Part shown: one piece after another, positions 41,262-49,259 of the stretch
Layout of the letters: every line of letters starts with the position of its first letter
Position numbering within the stretch: the stretch's first letter is position 1
Source: an uncultured Thermoanaerobaculia bacterium
Lineage (GTDB): Bacteria > Acidobacteriota > Thermoanaerobaculia > Multivoradales > JAGPDF01
DNA: 64,000 bases
Direction: 5' to 3'
NCBI GenBank assembly: GCA_964595975.1
Contig: CAZQTL010000002.1
Coordinates: 362 to 64,361, forward strand
The notes under the pieces: model-generated
Told to the model about the DNA's origin: nothing
What the model saw: only the letters and a program-made list of their open reading frames with translations
Database searches by the model: none
Position numbers and translations under genes: made by a program

Positions 41262-41720
41262 TTACTTGAACAGCGCATCGAAGGCGGCGCGCGGATCCTT
41301 CGCCGAAGGCGCCGGCTTCTCGGCGGCGAACTCCTGCCGCTCCCGCGGCTCGAAGTGGACGCACTCGTTCGCCTTCGACTTCTTCATGACGAGCGCCACC
41401 TGCGGCTGACGGCACTGCGCCGGCGCGCCGGGATCGAAGTGCGCGCAGTTCGTGCAGGTGTGAAGATCGGCGCCGCAGGCGGTGCAACGCGCCGTGAGAC
41501 CGGCGGCGGCGCCGACGCTCTGCAGCTCGCCGCAACTGGCGCAGCGGAAGGCGCTCGCCGTCGGTGCTCCCAGGCCGCGCCCGCGCGGCGCGTCGCGCGG
41601 ATCGCGCGGCGCGTGTGGCGCCCGCGGAGCGGAAGAGCGTTCGCCTTGCGGGCGTCCGGAGTCGCTCCGCGATGACCCGGAGTCCTGATATCCGCTCTGT
41701 TTGTACTTGCGATCGCTCAT
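41262..41720 (-). CDS. small zinc-ribbon (CxxC-rich) protein of unknown function
   Basis: 152 aa. Disordered Ser/Arg/Pro-rich N-terminus, then CASCG...CTACG...CTNC...C..H and a conserved-looking tail KANECVHFEPRE. Confidence 0.45.
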   Translation of the reverse strand: MSDRKYKQSGYQDSGSSRSDSGRPQGERSSAPRAPHAPRDPRDAPRGRGLGAPTASAFRCASCGELQSVGAAAGLTARCTACGADLHTCTNCAHFDPGAPAQCRQPQVALVMKKSKANECVHFEPRERQEFAAEKPAPSAKDPRAAFDALFK

Positions 41721-43269
41721 GAGGCGAGTATATCGACAGGCCGCCTGCCGCTCCGTACGCCCGGCTGTCCTGCTGGTCGCCGCGATCCTGCCGGTGCTCG
41801 CCGGCTGCGGCCGGCGGCAGGACGCGCCCGCTCCCCCGGCGCACGCCGCGCCGGAACTTGCACCGCGGCATTTCGAGCTCGCCGACTTTCTCGCCAGCCG
41901 GCCGACCGGCGTCGATTCGCCAGACGTCCCCCGTCTGGCGGCGGCGCAAGGGCTGATCTGGAGTCCCGACCCGCCCGCGCCGCCACCGCCGGTCCTCGCC
42001 GCGGCTCCGGCCGGCTTCCTCGTCGCCGCGGTGGCTCCGCGTGGCGAGCGAGTCGCCCTCGTGCGCGACATCGACCCCGACTCGACAGAGGTCCTTCTCT
42101 ACGACCGCTCCAGAGGCGAGACTCGCCTTCTCCTGCCGGTCGACCGGGACGCGAGATTTCTGCCCCAGCACTTCTCCGCCGACGGGGAGCGCCTCTTCCT
42201 CTTTTCGGACGAGGCCGACGACACGCTGCAGCTCGAGGTGCTCGAGCCCGATACCGGCGCGCGGCAGCGCCGGAACCGTCCTGGCTGCGAAGCGCTGCGG
42301 TTCGACAGCAGTCCCGACGGCGCCGTCTACGCCCTGCAATGGAGCTGCTCCGGCAAGGTACAGGCCGCCCTCTTCGACAGCGCGACCGGCGCCGAGCGAG
42401 GGCCCCTGCCGCTGCCGATCGGTACGCGTGCGGCCCGCGTCCTTCCGGCGGGCGCGGCGGGCGGGGTGATCTACGAAGTCGCCAGCGCGCGCGCTCCGCG
42501 CGATCTCCTCTTCGGCGACCGCCTCGACTCGGATGCCCGCGTGCGGCCCTTGTCCTTCGGCCTCTCTCCCCTGATCACCGCGGAGGATCTGGTCGATCCG
42601 ACTGCCGTCGCGCTGGCGATCGCCGGCGCTCCGCCGGTGCCGTCCGAGCTCTGGTGGCCGCGGCGCCCACCCGCTCCGCCGGCGGCGCTCATCTGGCTGG
42701 AGAACGACGTCGCGCCCCCCGCCTGGTTCGAGTTCCACCCCTTCTTTCAGTTCCTCGCTAATCGCGGTGTCGCCGTGCTGCGTCTGCGCCTGCGCGGCTC
42801 GCAAGGGTTCGGCAGGCGTTTTCGTCACGCCGCGGACGGCCGCCTGGTCGACGCCGGTTTCGAGGACATCGACGCCGCGCGGGCCGAGCTCGCCCGCCGC
42901 GGCGTCGACCCGCAGCGCATCGCGCTCGCGGGTCAGGGCCCCTGGGCGGGAGCGCTCGCCGCAGCGGCGCAGACCGCGAGACCCGGGAGCTTCGCCGCCG
43001 CCGCCGACCTCGGCGGCGATCCGGACCCCCTGCGCGGGCTCGATACCCTTGCCGCCCTTCCCGAGCCGCCGCACACCTGGTGGCTCACCCGTCTCGGGGA
43101 TCCCGCGAGCGACGTCGTTCGGCGCGATCGCGCGCGAATGCTGCTGCCGGCCGATCTCTCCGGCCGGCGCCTGTTCCTCGCCGACGACCCGGAGGCGACG
43201 GCCGGGGCGGCGGCAACGCTCGCTGCGCTGTGGGAGTTCCTCGCTCCGAGCCTCGGCACGCCGCCCTGA
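41719..43269 (+). CDS. lipoprotein with beta-propeller and degenerate S9 (prolyl oligopeptidase-like) alpha/beta-hydrolase domain
   Basis: Lipobox LAGC. N-terminal propeller-like repeats. C-terminal region RIALAGQGPWAGALAAAA aligns to the S9 nucleophile elbow (GxSxGG) but has Gly in place of Ser. Confidence 0.45.
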   Translation: MRRVYRQAACRSVRPAVLLVAAILPVLAGCGRRQDAPAPPAHAAPELAPRHFELADFLASRPTGVDSPDVPRLAAAQGLIWSPDPPAPPPPVLAAAPAGFLVAAVAPRGERVALVRDIDPDSTEVLLYDRSRGETRLLLPVDRDARFLPQHFSADGERLFLFSDEADDTLQLEVLEPDTGARQRRNRPGCEALRFDSSPDGAVYALQWSCSGKVQAALFDSATGAERGPLPLPIGTRAARVLPAGAAGGVIYEVASARAPRDLLFGDRLDSDARVRPLSFGLSPLITAEDLVDPTAVALAIAGAPPVPSELWWPRRPPAPPAALIWLENDVAPPAWFEFHPFFQFLANRGVAVLRLRLRGSQGFGRRFRHAADGRLVDAGFEDIDAARAELARRGVDPQRIALAGQGPWAGALAAAAQTARPGSFAAAADLGGDPDPLRGLDTLAALPEPPHTWWLTRLGDPASDVVRRDRARMLLPADLSGRRLFLADDPEATAGAAATLAALWEFLAPSLGTPP

Positions 43270-43304
43270 GCGGACGTCCGCCGTGCTAGCATTTCTCCCC
43301 GGTC

Positions 43305-45131
43305 ATGCAGACTCTGGACAAGTATCAAGTCCTTGAAAAGATAGGCGTTGGCGGTTTCGGCGTCGTCTACAAGGCTTACGATCCGTTCATCAAGCGGGCG
43401 GTGGCGATCAAGACCTGCACGGCCGAGGACAGCGAGACGCGCGAGCGTTTCATGCGCGAAGCCGAGATCGCCGGCAACCTCCATCACCGCAACATCGTCA
43501 CGGTCTACGACTTCGGCTTCAAGGACGGCGTCCCGTACCTCGTGCAGGAGTACCTTTCGGGCGAGGATCTCGACCGCAAGATCAAACGCCGGGAGTTCCT
43601 GAGCCTGCCGGAGAAGCTCCTCTATCTGGTGCAGATTGTCCGCGGACTGCAGTACGCGCATTCGCGCGGCGTCGTACATCGCGACATCAAGCCGGCGAAC
43701 ATCCGCATTCTGGAAGACGACACGGCGAAGATCATGGATTTCGGCATCGCCAAGCTCGCCCACCACGAGCAGGCGCTCACCCAGGCCGGGATCACCCTCG
43801 GGACGGCCGCCTACCTCGCTCCCGAACAGATCCGCGGCGGAGCCTTCGACGCCCGGACCGACCTCTTCTCCTTTGGCATCCTGGCCTACGAGCTCTTCGC
43901 GCTCGAGCGCCCTTTCCAGGGGGCGGAGATCTCGGCGGTCTTCTACAAGATCCTCAACGAGTCTGCGCCGCCGCTGCGCGAGCGCGCCTCCGACTGCCCG
44001 GTGGAGCTCGAGCGCATCGTTCAGCGCTGCCTCGAGAAGGACCCGGCGAACCGCTATCCCGGCTGCTCCGAGCTCCTGGCCGACATCGAGGCGCTCGCTC
44101 ACAGCCGTCCGCGCGAGGGGGCTTCCGACCTCGCGACGGCGGCGATCGTCGGCGGCAGAACGCTCGCCGCCGCCCAGGGCAGCCCGGTTTCCGCGCCCGC
44201 CGCCAGTGCGCCCGCCGCCACCCGCACGCCAGCCGTTGCCGCCAGGCCGCTGAGTCTGGGCGAGATCGTTCTCGATGCACGCACGGCTCCCCCCTCTGTG
44301 CATCCGGAAGGACCGGCGACGGTCGCCTTCGAGCGCCGGACCGGAATCGGCCGGTGGATTGCGGGCGGAGCTCTCGGTCTGCTCGTGGTCGCCGCTGCCG
44401 GATGGGGTGCCTGGCGCTACCGGGAGGAGTCCAGAGCGATCCCCGTGGCGCCCTCGACGGCGGCCAGGGTCGCGGCGCCGGAGCCGCCGCGCACTTCGAG
44501 CTCGCCGTCGGCTCCCGCCGTGTCATCGACTCCGGCAGCCCAGGAGAGTCGACCGTCCGTCGTCCCACCGGACACCCAGGCAGCAACGGCCGCAGCCGCT
44601 CCCCCGACCGCTGAAGTCCCGCCGCCCCCGCCGCCGCCTCAACCGGCCGTCCTGACCGTCGCCGCCGCCTGGGACTCGGCGATGACGCTGCGGCTCGGCG
44701 GCAAGATCTGGACGCTCGACCGCGAGCGTCGCCTCGAGCTCGCGCCGGGGAGCTACAAGCTCAGATTCGCCATCGACACTCCCGTCTATGCGCACAGCGC
44801 GGAGACCACGGTGCGTCTCAAGGAAGGCGAGAAGCGGCAGCTCGTGTCGCCGATCGAACGCCCCGGCAAGCTGACCGTGCAGCCGCACATCAATGCCCGC
44901 CAGGCGTTCGTGCGCCTCGACGGAGCGCCCGCCGTCCCGACGCCGCTGCGCGGCCGCTGGCTCGCCCCCGGACCGCATCGGGTCGAGATCGTCGCCAGCC
45001 AGGATCCGGCGGCGCCGGTACTGCGTCAGGAGCAGATCGAGATTCGCAGCGAGAACGAGTCGATTCTCACCTTCGACCTCGACGATCGCAGCCCGCAGCG
45101 GCTCGCCGAGAAGCCGATCGTCCCCAACTAG
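43305..45131 (+). CDS. Hanks-type Ser/Thr protein kinase with TM segment and C-terminal PEGA-like domain
   Basis: GxGxxG loop IGVGGFGVV. VAIK Lys. HRDIKPAN catalytic loop. DFG. APE. Single TM (WIAGGALGLLVVAAAGWGAW). Pro-rich linker. C-terminal beta domain. Confidence 0.8.
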   Translation: MQTLDKYQVLEKIGVGGFGVVYKAYDPFIKRAVAIKTCTAEDSETRERFMREAEIAGNLHHRNIVTVYDFGFKDGVPYLVQEYLSGEDLDRKIKRREFLSLPEKLLYLVQIVRGLQYAHSRGVVHRDIKPANIRILEDDTAKIMDFGIAKLAHHEQALTQAGITLGTAAYLAPEQIRGGAFDARTDLFSFGILAYELFALERPFQGAEISAVFYKILNESAPPLRERASDCPVELERIVQRCLEKDPANRYPGCSELLADIEALAHSRPREGASDLATAAIVGGRTLAAAQGSPVSAPAASAPAATRTPAVAARPLSLGEIVLDARTAPPSVHPEGPATVAFERRTGIGRWIAGGALGLLVVAAAGWGAWRYREESRAIPVAPSTAARVAAPEPPRTSSSPSAPAVSSTPAAQESRPSVVPPDTQAATAAAAPPTAEVPPPPPPPQPAVLTVAAAWDSAMTLRLGGKIWTLDRERRLELAPGSYKLRFAIDTPVYAHSAETTVRLKEGEKRQLVSPIERPGKLTVQPHINARQAFVRLDGAPAVPTPLRGRWLAPGPHRVEIVASQDPAAPVLRQEQIEIRSENESILTFDLDDRSPQRLAEKPIVPN

Positions 45132-45166
45132 GGCGCGCGCCTCTGCTAGAGTCGGCGAGGATTCCC

Positions 45167-46969
45167 TTGCCGATGCGCTCGCCGTCGATCCTCGCCGGAT
45201 TCCTCCTCCACTTCGCCGCACTGTCGGGACCGCTGGCCGGCCAGACTGCGCCGCCCGGAGCGGTGACCAGCGAAGACCTGCTCGACGAGGCGCAGCCGAC
45301 TGCCGCCGCCCCCAGCGATCCGCGGACCGAAGGCGAGCGTGCAGCCGAGCAGGCCTTCATGGACGGCGATCTGTCGCGTGCCCTCGGCCTCTACCGCGAG
45401 CTCGCCGCGCGCACGCCCGCCCCGCCCGAGCGCACGCGTCTGCGGGTGACCGCGGCCTGGCTCGAGTACCAGCTCGGCAACGCCGAGGGGGCCGGCCGCG
45501 AGCTCACCGGCGCGCTGGTCGAGGACCCGTCGTTCCAGCCCCGAGCGGAGATCTACAGCCCCGATTTCCTCGCTCTCTTTCAGAATGCCCAGCGCGATGC
45601 CGCCGCCGAGCGCGACCGCCAGGCCGCCAGGCTGCTCAAGGAGGGGATCGACGCGCTCACCGCCGGCGACACGGCGACGGCACGGGACCGCATCGTGAAG
45701 AGTCTGGAGCTCTCGCCGGCGGCGCTGCGGGCGATTTTCGCCCTGGCGCAGGTCGACCTCGCCGAAGGCCACGCCGACCCGGCCCTCGCCGGCTTCGAGC
45801 GCGTCCTCGCGCTCGAGCGCAGCGCGCCCGATCGCCCGCCGCGCGCGCTCAAGGCGCAGGCGCTCCTCAATGTCGGCTTCATCTATTTTCAGCGCGGACA
45901 GTTCGAGGACTCGGCGCACGCTTTCGAAGACGCTTCGAGCCTCGACACTCGTGACCCTCGCATCTGGTTCAACCTCGGTCTGGCCCGCCAGAAGCTCGGC
46001 CTCGCCGTCCCCGGACTCGAGGCCTTGCGCACCGCCCACGAGCTGGACCGGCGTGACGCCGAAATCGCTCTCGAGCTCGGCCGGGCCTACAGCGCCGCCG
46101 GCCGTTTCATGGACGCCGTCGCCGTCCTGCTCGAGGCGACGCAGCTCCATCCCGATCGCGCCCCTCTGTGGCTGGAATTCGGGCTGGCGCAGCGCGGCCT
46201 GGGCAACCTCGAGGGAATGGCGACGAGCCTCGGCAAGGCGATCGAGCTCGATCCGGCGAACGCCCAGGGGGCGGGTTTCCGCGCCGCGATGGAGCTCGCC
46301 CAGACGTCACTCACGGCGAAGAACTTCGGCCGGGCGACGACTGCCGCCGAGACGGCGACCCGCCTGCGTCCCGAGGAGGGCAGCGCCTGGGCGCTGCTCG
46401 GTCTGGCGCACCAGGCCGCGGGACGGCTGCCGGAGGCGGCGCTCGCGCTCGAGAGGGCCGCCGCCGTCGCGCCCGGGCGTGCCGACATCGCGCACAACCT
46501 CGGCACCATCTACCTGGCGCAGCGGCGCTATGCGGAGGCCGAGGCCTCGTTCCGCCGGGCCGTGGCGCTGGATCCGGCGGCGACCGAGTCCGCCGGCGCC
46601 CTCGCGCGGCTGGAAGCGCAGCGTGCGAGCGAAGCCACCTCGAAGGCTTCCGGAAAGCGGCCGGCGCAACCCAGAGCTGCAGCCGCCCCGCCCCCGGCCA
46701 GACCGCCGAAGCCCCAGCTCGGCGCCACCCTCAAGGCCGTCGACTACGCGCCGCTCGGCATTCGCGGCCTGCTGGTCGAGGCGGTCGTGCCCGGCGGCGT
46801 TGCCGACAGGGCCGGCCTCCTCGTCGACGACCTCGTCCTGCGGGTCGGCGGCCGTCCGGTGACCCTGGCCTCGGGCATCCAGGCGATGGTCGAAAGCTCG
46901 CCCGGCATCTCGATCCAGCTCTCGGTGCTGCGCGCGGGAAAACCGGTCGAGATCATCCTCCACCCTTAG
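45167..46969 (+). CDS. secreted TPR-repeat protein with C-terminal PDZ domain
   Basis: Signal peptide. At least 8 TPR-like repeats. C-terminal GIRGLLVEAVVPGGVADRAGLLVDDLVLRVGGRPV is PDZ-like. Confidence 0.65.
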   Translation: MPMRSPSILAGFLLHFAALSGPLAGQTAPPGAVTSEDLLDEAQPTAAAPSDPRTEGERAAEQAFMDGDLSRALGLYRELAARTPAPPERTRLRVTAAWLEYQLGNAEGAGRELTGALVEDPSFQPRAEIYSPDFLALFQNAQRDAAAERDRQAARLLKEGIDALTAGDTATARDRIVKSLELSPAALRAIFALAQVDLAEGHADPALAGFERVLALERSAPDRPPRALKAQALLNVGFIYFQRGQFEDSAHAFEDASSLDTRDPRIWFNLGLARQKLGLAVPGLEALRTAHELDRRDAEIALELGRAYSAAGRFMDAVAVLLEATQLHPDRAPLWLEFGLAQRGLGNLEGMATSLGKAIELDPANAQGAGFRAAMELAQTSLTAKNFGRATTAAETATRLRPEEGSAWALLGLAHQAAGRLPEAALALERAAAVAPGRADIAHNLGTIYLAQRRYAEAEASFRRAVALDPAATESAGALARLEAQRASEATSKASGKRPAQPRAAAAPPPARPPKPQLGATLKAVDYAPLGIRGLLVEAVVPGGVADRAGLLVDDLVLRVGGRPVTLASGIQAMVESSPGISIQLSVLRAGKPVEIILHP

Positions 46970-46975
46970 TGGAAC

Positions 46976-46990
46976 CGAGCCAACGGCTCG
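46976..46990. terminator. weak candidate bidirectional hairpin between convergent genes
   Basis: CGAGCC-AAC-GGCTCG (6-bp stem, 3-nt loop) between the stops at 46969 (+) and 47008 (-). Weak; no U-tract. Confidence 0.2.
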
Positions 46991-47007
46991 TCGGCTTCAG
47001 CCCGCCT

Positions 47008-48225
47008 TCAGGCGCGACACCGTTCGGCGGCCGCGACGTAAGCGGCGCGGTAGCGCGCCGCGACGCTCTCCCACGAGAACTCGCGCCGCGCCCGGTCGCG
47101 CGAGGCCGCGCCGAGCTCGCGCAGGCGACCGCGGTCGGAGAAGGCCTGGGGGAAGACGCGGATGAGGTCGGCCACGCTCCCCTCGTCGACCAGCCAGCCG
47201 TTGATCCCCTCGCCGATGGCGGTCGGCAGGCCGGAAACGCGTGAACCGACCACCGGCAGACCGGTGGCCATCGCCTCCAGGATGACGTTCGGCAGGCCGT
47301 CGACGTTGCCCTTCGCGTCGTGGACCGCAGGCAGGACGAACAGGTCGGCGGCACGGTAGAGGTCCGGCAGTGTGTCGTGCAGCACGGCACCGGGAAAGTG
47401 GACGCGGCCGGCGAACGGGGCCGCGCCGCGGCGAAACTCCTCGAGGCGGTCTCCTCCTCCCGCGAGCACCAGGTGAGCCTCGGGAAGGGCGTCGAGCAGC
47501 GCCGGCAGGGCGTCGATCAGGAGATGGAAGCCCTTCTTGGTCGCCATCCGCCCGACCCCGAGCAGCATGGGAGCGGACGCCGGAATGCCGAGCCGTTCGC
47601 GCCAGATCGCGCGCCGAGCGGGGTCGGGGGCGAAAAGTTCGCTGTCGACCCCATAGGGGATGACGTGCGAGTGCGCAGCGGGAAAGCCGATCGCCTGGAC
47701 GCGCTTCGCGAGCTCGGGAGAACAGCTCGTCAGGCCCTGCACACGACGCAGCGCCCGCCGGACAAGCGGGCGCACCGGTCCCTTCTCCGCCATGAAGACG
47801 TCGCTGCCGTGAAGGCCGACGAGGAGCGGCAGGCGCTGCCCCCGCCAGGCCGCCGGGAAGAGGTTCGGGACGACCCAGTGCGCCTGCACGACGTCCCAGC
47901 CGCCTTCGCCGATCGCGCGGCGCAGGGCGCGCCGGGCGCCCAGGAGGTAGAGCGGAGCGACCGCCGCCGCCGCGCCCGCCATCCGCTCGTCGGCGTGCAG
48001 CGAGCGGCCGTATCCGAGCAGTTCCCAGCGCTCGGGTGCGTAGCGGAACGTCCGCACTTCGACGCCCTCTTCGCTCCAGGCCGCAGCGAGGCCGGCGGCG
48101 TGCGGCGCCAACACCCGCACGCGGTCGCCGCCCCGCACCAGGGCACGCGCCAGGTCGCGAATGAACGGCCCGGCGCTGTCGTGCGCCCGCCGCGGGTACG
48201 TCTGGGTGAGGAAAAGGATGCCCAA
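47008..48225 (-). CDS. glycosyltransferase family 4 (GT-B, retaining)
   Basis: GT4 C-terminal signature E..G...EAMATGLPVV. N-terminal sugar-acceptor domain. Confidence 0.75.
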   Translation of the reverse strand: MGILFLTQTYPRRAHDSAGPFIRDLARALVRGGDRVRVLAPHAAGLAAAWSEEGVEVRTFRYAPERWELLGYGRSLHADERMAGAAAAVAPLYLLGARRALRRAIGEGGWDVVQAHWVVPNLFPAAWRGQRLPLLVGLHGSDVFMAEKGPVRPLVRRALRRVQGLTSCSPELAKRVQAIGFPAAHSHVIPYGVDSELFAPDPARRAIWRERLGIPASAPMLLGVGRMATKKGFHLLIDALPALLDALPEAHLVLAGGGDRLEEFRRGAAPFAGRVHFPGAVLHDTLPDLYRAADLFVLPAVHDAKGNVDGLPNVILEAMATGLPVVGSRVSGLPTAIGEGINGWLVDEGSVADLIRVFPQAFSDRGRLRELGAASRDRARREFSWESVAARYRAAYVAAAERCRA

Positions 48226-48229
48226 CGAG

Positions 48230-49213
48230 CTAATCGAGCAGCTCCTTGACCGAGTAGCTGTCGCTGCGGCGGAACGTCTTGTGGGTCATCATCTCGGCGA
48301 GCAGCCCGGTCATCAGAACCTGCAGGCCGATCATCATCAGCAGCGAACCGAGCAGCAGCAGCGGGCGGTTCGACAGCGAGTCGCCGAGGAACCAGCGGAT
48401 GGCGAGATAGAGGTTGATCAGCAGGCCCGAGCCCAGGCCGGCGAGCCCGAGCGCCCCGAACAGGTGTAGAGGACGCCGGGTGTACTTGGTGATGAACAGC
48501 ACCGTCAGCAGATCGAGCAGCCCCTTGTAGAAGCGATCCCAGCCGTACTTGCTGACCCCGTGGCGGCGCGGGTGGTGCCGCACCGCGAGCTCGCCGACGG
48601 CGAAGCCGCGGCGGCTCGCGAGCACCGGGATATAACGATGCAGCTCGCCATAGACCGGAACCTCCTCGAGCACCTCGCGCCGGTAGACCTTGAATCCGCA
48701 GTTGAAGTCGTGCAGGTCCACCTGCGCGACCTTGCGGGTCGCCCAGTTGAACAACAGCGACGGCAGCGTCTTCGACAGCGGATCCTTGCGTTCGTGCTTC
48801 CACCCGGAGACCAGATCGAAGCCGCCCGACTCCAACGTCTGGATCATGCGCGGGATCTCGTCGGGGTCGTCCTGCAGATCGCCGTCCAGGGTGACGATCA
48901 GCCGCCCGGAGGCGATGTCGAACCCTGCAGTCAGCGCCGCCGCCTTGCCGAAGTTGCGCCGCAACCGGACGAGCTTGACGTTGGCGTCGAGCGACCTCGC
49001 CTCGCGGACGCGGTCGCAGGTGGCATCGCGCGAGCCGTCGTCGACGAAGATAATCTCGTACGACAGGCCCATCGGCGCGATGGCTTCGCGCACGCGGCGG
49101 GCGAGATCGAGCACCGTCCCGGCCTCGTCGAGGACCGGCACCAGCACCGAACAGTCGAGGGCCGGTGAGCCGGCGGATCGGGGCTCGGAGGGAGAGGGTG
49201 ACAGGGGGTTCAT
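48230..49213 (-). CDS. glycosyltransferase family 2, polyprenyl-phosphate glycosyltransferase type (DPM1/ArnC-like) with C-terminal TM helices
   Basis: VLVPVLDE...IIFVDDGSRD (DXD context), DGDLQDDP, two C-terminal TMs. Start taken at MNPLSPSP (ATG 49213). The track ORF extends to 49297. Confidence 0.8.
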   Translation of the reverse strand: MNPLSPSPSEPRSAGSPALDCSVLVPVLDEAGTVLDLARRVREAIAPMGLSYEIIFVDDGSRDATCDRVREARSLDANVKLVRLRRNFGKAAALTAGFDIASGRLIVTLDGDLQDDPDEIPRMIQTLESGGFDLVSGWKHERKDPLSKTLPSLLFNWATRKVAQVDLHDFNCGFKVYRREVLEEVPVYGELHRYIPVLASRRGFAVGELAVRHHPRRHGVSKYGWDRFYKGLLDLLTVLFITKYTRRPLHLFGALGLAGLGSGLLINLYLAIRWFLGDSLSNRPLLLLGSLLMMIGLQVLMTGLLAEMMTHKTFRRSDSYSVKELLD

Positions 49214-49259
49214 GGATGAGCCGCCCGGGGGGCAGCCGCGATATTGTAGCAACCTCGAG

